The notes below the pieces were generated by a model, which was not told the origin of the DNA, ran no database searches, and saw only the letters and a program-made list of their open reading frames with translations. The translations under genes were made by a program, and so were the position numbers. A stretch of DNA of 64,000 nt, from the IMG/VR virus record IMGVR_UViG_3300031857_000007. One strand, 5' to 3'. The stretch comes from a virus. Taxonomy: Duplodnaviria > Caudoviricetes. Below, one piece after another: positions 27,828 to 35,800 of the stretch (position 1 is its first letter; each line of letters opens with the position of its first letter).

Positions 27828-28439
27828 TTATCTACTACAATAGTCATAATTAAAGAAAATTTGGTGACTGAAGAAATTGTTTGGTATTAGTTTTTTGATA
27901 ACATTGTTAGAGTCACCAACGTTTTTAATAGATACTTTTCTTTCAATGTTGTTTTTATAAATTAATGCTCCACCATTACATAAATTAACCTCATGTATTT
28001 CGTTTGTATCAGTTTCAATATAAACAATTGTTTTATTCGAATTCGAACTTAATTGATATCTGACACAAATATTGGAATTTTGATTAAAATAATCTAGATT
28101 TCCACTAGAAGTAGTAAAAAATTTATCATAATATGATTTTTTATATAGACTTGTATCAAAAACACTCTCTAAAATGTTTTTGATTTCTTCAAAACATTTA
28201 TAATAATCCTCGGAAAAAATACTACAAATGTTATTTTTTCTGAGGATTTTGTCATAGTCATTTTTAAAATATCCCGAATTATATAAATCTTTCACCAACA
28301 AATATCCATACTTTTCAAAGTATTTAATTGCTCCATAAGGAACTGCTGGATATCCTTCGTCAATAGAAAAATAAACACCTAATGCGTTGTGCTTCTCCAT
28401 GATAGTAGGAGCTTGCTTAATAATCTTTTTCATATTCAT
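27828..28439 (-). CDS. degenerate 2OG-Fe(II) oxygenase-like protein
   Basis: FEKYGYLLVKD and HQIFFNY resemble 24376-24951, but no HxD or distal His. Confidence 0.5.
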   Translation of the reverse strand: MNMKKIIKQAPTIMEKHNALGVYFSIDEGYPAVPYGAIKYFEKYGYLLVKDLYNSGYFKNDYDKILRKNNICSIFSEDYYKCFEEIKNILESVFDTSLYKKSYYDKFFTTSSGNLDYFNQNSNICVRYQLSSNSNKTIVYIETDTNEIHEVNLCNGGALIYKNNIERKVSIKNVGDSNNVIKKLIPNNFFSHQIFFNYDYCSR

Positions 28440-28463
28440 TAAAACAAATTAATAATTGTATAT

Positions 28464-28841
28464 CTATTCTGGGTTTAAAATATCTACCCAATTTCCAATC
28501 TCTTCATTCCAAATAAACAATGATCCGTCTTTTGGAGTTGGTTTTGGTATAGGGGGTTTCCAAGTGTTATTTTCAATATTTAAAACCCAACTAGGAAATG
28601 GCTTCTTATGAATGAAAATATCTTTTTCTTCATCATAAGTTCCTCCAATCTGAGCATAATGACATCTAAAATTTCCATTATATGAGGTTTGTTTCCAATT
28701 CCTATGTCCATATACTTCTTCTAGAAAATCAACTCCAAGTTCTTCAACTTCTACTTCATTTTCATCCAAAATAATACTATTATCAACAACAACAACTTGT
28801 TTTACAATATTATTTTGGTCTAATTCTGCGAAATGTGCCAT
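28464..28841 (-). CDS. MAHFAELD family protein, paralog 2
   Basis: MAHFAELD...WKQTSYN.NFR..YA.IG.TY....D.FI...PFPSW.LN. Confidence 0.75.
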   Translation of the reverse strand: MAHFAELDQNNIVKQVVVVDNSIILDENEVEVEELGVDFLEEVYGHRNWKQTSYNGNFRCHYAQIGGTYDEEKDIFIHKKPFPSWVLNIENNTWKPPIPKPTPKDGSLFIWNEEIGNWVDILNPE

Positions 28842-28859
28842 ATCTCTCCAATATTTGTA

Positions 28860-29852
28860 TTATGCAGTATAAGTTGTTAAATATCTGACAATAACAATTC
28901 CAGATCCGCCAGCGGCACCAACTCCGCTACCAGTAGGTCCTTGGTAAGGAACAAAATCTGCATTAGCTCCTCCACCTCCACCTCCACGGTTTGTGGTTCC
29001 AGTTTGTGCAGCAGTAAATCCTACTCCACCGTTACCTCCACCACCAGATCCACCAGTTCCTGCAGGTACAAATGGTTGTGTTGGGTCATAATATTGACCA
29101 CCTCCACCACCACCAGCATATACAATACTAGTTCCTGATATAGTGGAAGTGTTTCCAGACCCACCATTACCAGGTCCCGAAAATGTGCTGGTTCTATTTC
29201 CACCACTTGCTGAGGCACCCCCACCTCCTCCACCACCAGGCATGAACCCTGGACCAGCTTTACCATATCCACCAGGATTTCCTTGTGAAGGTGAAGTTGC
29301 CGGAGTATTTCCTGCTCCTCCAGGTCCTGTATATGGTGAAGGATCATATGGGCCTCCTCCACCACCAGATCCACCACTTCCACCAGAAGATCCATATACT
29401 GCCCCACTACCACCTCCAGTGGAAATGACAGCAGATCCAATGGAACTATCTCCACCAACTCCACCAGAACCACCAACAGTTCCAGATCCACCACCACCAA
29501 CAGTCATTGTATATGATGTGCCTGTGGTCATGGACATAGTTCCTGTCCTATATCCACCAGCTCCTCCTCCACCACCTTGATATGCTCCACCACCAGCTCC
29601 ACCTGCAACTACCAAATATTCCATAGTTGCTCCTGGTGGAGCATAGTTTATTGAGAATGTTTGTGTAGAAGTAAATGTGTGAATTGTATATCCACCAGAA
29701 GTTGTTGTAGTGCCACCAGAAGCACTGATGTATAGCTTTGGCCAATTACCATTACGAAGTGCGGAAAAAACTTCTTTTATACCCCAAACACCATAAGCAT
29801 TATTTGAATTGGAAGTCGCTACTGTACCAATAAATCCCCCATTTCCTGGCAT
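28860..29852 (-). CDS. glycine-rich protein with one polyglycine domain
   Basis: Same domain as 24948-26765. Confidence 0.8.
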   Translation of the reverse strand: MPGNGGFIGTVATSNSNNAYGVWGIKEVFSALRNGNWPKLYISASGGTTTTSGGYTIHTFTSTQTFSINYAPPGATMEYLVVAGGAGGGAYQGGGGGAGGYRTGTMSMTTGTSYTMTVGGGGSGTVGGSGGVGGDSSIGSAVISTGGGSGAVYGSSGGSGGSGGGGGPYDPSPYTGPGGAGNTPATSPSQGNPGGYGKAGPGFMPGGGGGGGASASGGNRTSTFSGPGNGGSGNTSTISGTSIVYAGGGGGGQYYDPTQPFVPAGTGGSGGGGNGGVGFTAAQTGTTNRGGGGGGANADFVPYQGPTGSGVGAAGGSGIVIVRYLTTYTA

Positions 29853-30214
29853 TATGAAATCTCCTCGTAACTAATATGAACGTCTATTGAAGTTGAAGAA
29901 GCTGCATAAGCTTGTATTTTTTCGTTCTCTTCTAAGTAAAATGTTGCATCATCCTTACCAATAAGAACCAAAGTTGCCCCAAGAGGAACTGGAATATCAT
30001 ATGCTAGATAATAAGTTGTAGAAGAAGAAACAATTGCAACTCTTACTGGAACAGTGGCTGCTCCTTTGTTTGCAAGAATAATGCTATTTATCTTAAAAAC
30101 TTTATTACTTCCACTAGTGTTTGTAACACCAGTATCTGCTAAAGAAGTTGTAGCTGTGTAATGAACGGATTTGCCAGTAATTGTAGAAGTGTTTACAACA
30201 TTTGGTGCGGCCAT
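29852..30214 (-). CDS. small beta-rich virion-associated protein (putative)
   Basis: MAAPNVVN...KINSIILAN...SYEEIS. Confidence 0.6.
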   Translation of the reverse strand: MAAPNVVNTSTITGKSVHYTATTSLADTGVTNTSGSNKVFKINSIILANKGAATVPVRVAIVSSSTTYYLAYDIPVPLGATLVLIGKDDATFYLEENEKIQAYAASSTSIDVHISYEEIS

Positions 30215-30239
30215 TTGTGATACCTCTTATTTTGGTAAA

Positions 30240-30404
30240 TTATAGGACAAGTGAAAATGCAATTACTTGCCCTCTACTAGGTAGAGCTGTATTGTTAGCA
30301 ACAAAACTAGAGGCTGTTACAATTCCGGTATAATTTGCATTAGGAACATTAACTATATTTCTGGCATCATCAATAACGGTCGTATTGCTAATTTTGATTG
30401 CCAT
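30240..30404 (-). CDS. hypothetical protein (54 aa)
   Basis: Manually read MAIKISNTTVIDDARN..., downstream of TATAAATA. Confidence 0.6.
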   Translation of the reverse strand: MAIKISNTTVIDDARNIVNVPNANYTGIVTASSFVANNTALPSRGQVIAFSLVL

Positions 30405-30435
30405 TTTCGTGTCTCCACTAGGCTAGGGATATTAA

Positions 30436-30443
30436 TATTTATA
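30436..30443 (-). promoter_or_regulatory. T4 late promoter TATAAATA
   Basis: Exact consensus. Confidence 0.65.
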
Positions 30444-32760
30444 ATAACTTACGTTCAAGGTCTTCGACTTTCAAACTCAATTCTTTAACAGCTTCGATCA
30501 ATATTCCAATAAAACCATTATAATTGACAGTTTTAGAATCTCCTACCGAAACTAGTTCTGGTAAAATTTCTTCGACTTGTTGTGCAATAACACCTATTGA
30601 AGGTTTGCTATTAAACTTCCACTTGAATCTAACTCCTTCGATTGAATTGATCAATTCTAAAGCGTTATCAATTACACTAATATCGTCTTTTAAATTAATA
30701 TCAGAAGTTGAATTGAAATCTGTTGCAGTTATAACTCCAACACCAGCATTAACACCAGTACCATTAGCCTTCACTACAGAACCAAAAGTTACTGTAGTTC
30801 CATCAAATGTTAAGTTACCTGATCCGGCAAACGCTCCACCATTATTATATTGAATAGTTTGATTTGCTCCTGCTGGGTTTCCTGGAGGAGTGTTTGTTAA
30901 ATTAGACCCATCACCATAATAATAAACCGTAATTCCAATACCACTTACATTTCCATTTGATATTAAGACATTACCAATAGTTGCAATTCCAGTATAATTT
31001 AAGTTAGTACCTCTAGTATTGACAATATCGGCTACAGTGTAATTGAGACTTGTTCCTGAAGCGGCAGTAATTGTAGATACTCCAGTATAGTTAATATTAT
31101 TGCCCCTTAGTGCAGCAATTGTTCCTACTCCAGAATAACTTATAGAAGATCCTGTTAAAGTTGTTACAATACCAGAAGTTGCATACAAATTACCAACATA
31201 AGAATTTGTATTATTTGAAGTAGTGGAATTTAGTGTTACAATTGTACCAATTCCACTATAGTTTAAATTGGTGCCTCTGACTGATGTAATATCACCAATT
31301 GAATATGTTGCAGTTGATCCTGATATAGATGTAACTACACCAGTATTAATATAAGAATTTGTACTGTATAAGTTTGTATTATTAATTGTTGTTGGATTTA
31401 ATGTAGTAATCGTAGAGGTTGTTGAATTGAAGGTAACTATCGTACCAATTCCACTATAGTTTAAATTGGTGCCTCTAACTGCTGTAATATCACCAACTGA
31501 ATATGTTGCGGTCGATCCTGATATTGATGTAACTACGCCTGTGTTAATATATGCATTAGTACTGTATAAGTTTGCATTATTAATTGTTGTTGGATTTAAC
31601 GTAGTTATTGTTGAAGTTGTGGAATTAAATGTAGCAATAGTGCCAATTCCACTATAGTTTAGATTAGTGCCTATTACATTAACTATGGTACCAATACCAG
31701 TATAATTTAGATTGGTTCCTGTTAAAGTCGTTGTTATACCAACAACAACATATGAATTTGTATTATATAAATTTGTAATATTGCTTGTTGTTGAATTTAA
31801 AGTAGCAACGGTTCCAATTCCACTGTAGTTTAGATTAGTACCTCTAACTGAAGTAATGTCCCCAATTGAATATGTTGCAGTTGATCCTGATATAGATGTA
31901 ACTACACCCGTGTTGACATAAGCATTAGTATTATATAAATTTGTAATATTGCTTGTTGTTGAATTTAGTGTGACAATGGTTCCTATGCCACTATAATTTA
32001 AATTAGTACCTACAGAATTAGTAATAGTACCAATTCCACTATAGTTTAAATTAGTGCCTCTTACATTAACTATAGTACCAATACCGGTATAATTTAGATT
32101 GGTTCCCGTTAGTGTGGTAATTATTCCAGTATTTACAAATGCATTTTGCGAATATAAATTTGTATTGCTTATATTGGCAATTGTGCCGATTCCACTATAG
32201 TTAAGATCTGTACCTCTTACATTAACTATTGTGCCAATACCGGTGTAACTAAGATCCGTACCTCTTACATTAACTATGGTTCCAATTCCACTATAACTTA
32301 GGTTAGTTCCTCTAAGAGTAGTAACTACACCTACAGCAAAAGTTGAGATTCCTGAGAGATTTATATTTGTAAGTTCGATTCCATTCGCATTTACATTATT
32401 TACGATAAGATTTCCATTAAATATAGAATTTCCATCTACATAAAATGAAGTTGTCCCTGCTCCAGTAGAAAATCCTCTTATTTCTACCTGATATATGGGC
32501 AAATTCGTTCCAAATCCAACATATGCATCGTCTTTTCCGGCAGTCATTACAATGCCGTCTAGACCAACTTGAAGCTTTTCTCTAACGGTAGATACCCCAG
32601 TGGTATAAATGTCAGTAACCCCAATACCACCACTTACATGAAACAAATATTTTGCAATAGAAGTACCGATTCCCACCTTATTGGTTAAGGAATCGGCAAC
32701 AATTAGATCTGTATCAACTTCTAATCCGTTTTTTACTACAAAGTTTTTATTGATTCCCAT
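30439..32760 (-). CDS. tail fibre protein with C-terminal peptidase S74-type intramolecular chaperone
   Basis: Internal repeats; TSDINLKDDI...IGVIAQQVEEILPELV...LIEAVKEL. Confidence 0.85.
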   Translation of the reverse strand: MGINKNFVVKNGLEVDTDLIVADSLTNKVGIGTSIAKYLFHVSGGIGVTDIYTTGVSTVREKLQVGLDGIVMTAGKDDAYVGFGTNLPIYQVEIRGFSTGAGTTSFYVDGNSIFNGNLIVNNVNANGIELTNINLSGISTFAVGVVTTLRGTNLSYSGIGTIVNVRGTDLSYTGIGTIVNVRGTDLNYSGIGTIANISNTNLYSQNAFVNTGIITTLTGTNLNYTGIGTIVNVRGTNLNYSGIGTITNSVGTNLNYSGIGTIVTLNSTTSNITNLYNTNAYVNTGVVTSISGSTATYSIGDITSVRGTNLNYSGIGTVATLNSTTSNITNLYNTNSYVVVGITTTLTGTNLNYTGIGTIVNVIGTNLNYSGIGTIATFNSTTSTITTLNPTTINNANLYSTNAYINTGVVTSISGSTATYSVGDITAVRGTNLNYSGIGTIVTFNSTTSTITTLNPTTINNTNLYSTNSYINTGVVTSISGSTATYSIGDITSVRGTNLNYSGIGTIVTLNSTTSNNTNSYVGNLYATSGIVTTLTGSSISYSGVGTIAALRGNNINYTGVSTITAASGTSLNYTVADIVNTRGTNLNYTGIATIGNVLISNGNVSGIGITVYYYGDGSNLTNTPPGNPAGANQTIQYNNGGAFAGSGNLTFDGTTVTFGSVVKANGTGVNAGVGVITATDFNSTSDINLKDDISVIDNALELINSIEGVRFKWKFNSKPSIGVIAQQVEEILPELVSVGDSKTVNYNGFIGILIEAVKELSLKVEDLERKLL
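30970..32315 (-). repeat. coding repeats GT(N/D)L(N/S)Y(S/T)GI(G/A)T, 12 copies plus degenerate ones
   Basis: Counted in the translation; boundaries approximate. Confidence 0.8.
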
Positions 32761-32796
32761 TGGGTTTCACTCTCCACCCGAGTAGATTGTTTCTAC

Positions 32797-32803
32797 TATT
32801 TAT
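32797..32803 (-). promoter_or_regulatory. T4-like late promoter ATAAATA
   Basis: Upstream of the tail fibre start at 32760. Confidence 0.55.
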
Positions 32804-35800
32804 TGTTTTTTCAGTTCATTAACCTCTTCTCTTAGTTCTTTAACTGCTTCAATTAGGACTGCAATTAGATTATTATATCTAATTGTCTTAAATCCATCCT
32901 CACTTTCACCAATCATCTCTGGGAATATTTTTTCAACTTCTTGTGCAATTAAACCTATAGATTTTTCTTCAGTTGATTTCCATTCAAAACTTACACCTTG
33001 AAGTTGTGCAATTTTATCTAGAGAATTCTGTAGTGGTTCAATGTTCTTTTTCAGATTAATATCTGAACTAGAGTTGAAGTCTGAAGCAGTTACTATTCCA
33101 GAAACACTTACAAATGGCGCAGTTATTGAACCTCTGAATGTCACACTATTGCTATTGTAAGGATATGAGAAAACTACTTCATTTGTAGAATTATCCTTTC
33201 TATAGAATGAAATTTCATCCGAAGTCTCGCCAGTAGCAAATCCTGGAGTTCCATCACCATTATAGTATACGCCTCCACCATATATACTGGATTGTCCTAC
33301 AAACATATATCCTGTTCCTTGAACGGAACCATGTGCCTCAAATCCAGCAATATTGTTATCACCAGCAAGAACTCTAACGTAAGAATCAGACGCTCTAGTA
33401 GATGATCCTATTGAAACATCACCATTGAAAGTGGTAATTCCACTTATAACTGTTGATAAATCTAGATTTGGTAGTGTTGTAATACCCGTGGATCTAATAT
33501 TATTTGCAATTAATCTTTGGGATAGATTGACTTCTTTAGCGAAGTTAACAGGATCTGAGAAAGTAGATACACCAGAAACAACATTAATTCCACTATTAAA
33601 TATCGAATTGTTATTGAATGTCGAAACTCCTGCGACGTTTAATGTTGCTGGTGCAACAGAACTTGAGAAGAATGTTAATGTAGTGATTCCTGTTGTATTA
33701 TCATAATAATGTGCAATAGAAATACCGGTACCAACAAAGTTAATTAGAGTTGCAAGTCCAACATAATTGTAATTTGAAGATATGCCTATCGTTAAGAAGT
33801 TGGTTAGTAATCCATTATCTGCAATATTTCCAAATGTCTCCCAACGATTGTTTTGTGTGTATATCCAACCAACACTGCCTCCACTTAAAGGATTGCCGTT
33901 GTAAACAACATCTCCTGGGTTTGAAGCTGCAGTAGGAGTTGAAATACCTACAGTATACTTTCTAGATACCTGAACATCACCTTGTAGGAGTAGCGAAGAA
34001 GCTTCAATACCCTTTGTTGAATTTGAAGTTAATTTGTTGTTGAAAACAACAGGACCATCAAACTTCGAAATAATATTTCCATCTATACCACCCTCAACCC
34101 TAATTGATCTGCTAATGGTAGCTTCTAATGGGTTGATAACATTAAATCCAACATTGATATCATTTGAAATGATATCCTCACCAACAACTGTTGCAATTGG
34201 AGTGTCAAATACTTCTTCTTGACCAGTCGATGAATTTACTTTCTTATTTCCAGAGTATGTAATACCCTTATCATTCATACCATTATAATAGTTAATACCA
34301 CCATCAATTTTTGTTGACTGTGATAAAATTTCTTCTTGAGGAGTTATTTGTCTATCTTGTCTTTCTGGAAGTGATGAAGAGTAGTTGCCAGGACCATATC
34401 CAACATATTCAAAAGTATGACCAGATGCACGAATAATAGAATTTCTTCTCAATTCAACTGGTATTGGTCTTATTCTTCTAATTACAGATCCAGCTTCGTG
34501 TGTCTGTCTTCTGGATCCAAGAACTCCTCTAAAGACAGTAACTGGATTTCCAGTAACTGTTGTCTTAATTCTAAGGATCTCGTCATTTATTTGTAAGAAA
34601 TCGCCAATTTGTAAATTGAGATTTTCTACGTTTACGATAGATATCGTTGTAGTTGTTTGTGAAGAAATTGTGGATTGTAGTGTTGTTGTAATACCAGCAT
34701 ATTCTGATATTAAACGTCCAGAAAGATTTTCGTCGTCTCTCTTAATAATTCCAGCATTTGAAGTATATCCAAGTCTATAAAGATATTTTGTGCCACTTGT
34801 ATCATAGTTTGCTGTTCCGACACCAATATTGGCAATAAATGTAGTTAGTCCAACAACACTCTTAATAACAAAGTCTCCATTGAATACTGAAGAGTTTGCT
34901 CCACTAAATCTTACTTTGTTATTGGTAAACAGACCATGATTTTGATCCGTTGTAACAGTAGCCAGTCCTGTTACTGGATTATATGCAATGGTAGTTATTC
35001 CTAAAGTTTTTCCTGTAAGAATTGCTTCAGAATAAAGTGAAGCAGTAATTCCAATACCAGTTATTGTGGAGACACCAGATATGGGACTGGAAGACTCTAC
35101 TGTAATAGTTCTTGTGGAAATTCCAGTAATTCTATATGAAGTGTTGTAATCTTTGTATGATAAGGAAGAAATTCCAGAAAGGACAAGAGTATCATTTATA
35201 TTATTTGTCGTTGCTGTTACGCTTACGATTCCAATAATATGTCCTGATGTAGTTGCTACTCCGACAACAGCAAGACTGTTTCCTATTCCATAACCACTAC
35301 CACCATTAATAATGAAAACATTAGTTAGTTTTCCAGCAGTATCAAAGGATATTCTGGCAGTAGCATTAATGCCTGTGACAGAACCAGCAAGTCCAACTAA
35401 ACGAGCATTGTAAAGAGTACCAGAAGATCCAGAACCATATGCATACCCAGAACTTACAATTCCAACTTTAGTTATTCCATTCAACCCATGATCATAAGAA
35501 GTGAAGAATGTGTGAGCAGTTCCTGCAACATTCGAAATAATATTGGTAAGACCTATTCCAATGTTATTGTCATGAGACAGTTTTTCAATCGTTTCTTTTG
35601 TAATGCTGTATTGTGAATTATTAACGATAACTTGTCCTGCTGGTTCTGATAAAGCAAAACATGTTGCAGATTGAGGATCCGATATTGGATTATCTCTATC
35701 TAGTTGTGGATATAGATTCTGCAGCGGTTGAGAGAATCTATAACCTGTGAATGGTGAAGAAGTTGGAGAATTTGAGGAATTTACTATGTGTAAATGATAA

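Noticed and set aside
24968-29745. Pro-rich plus-strand ORFs and Val/Glu-rich alternate-frame ORFs
   Set aside because: Frame and antisense artefacts of GGT/GGA glycine codon runs
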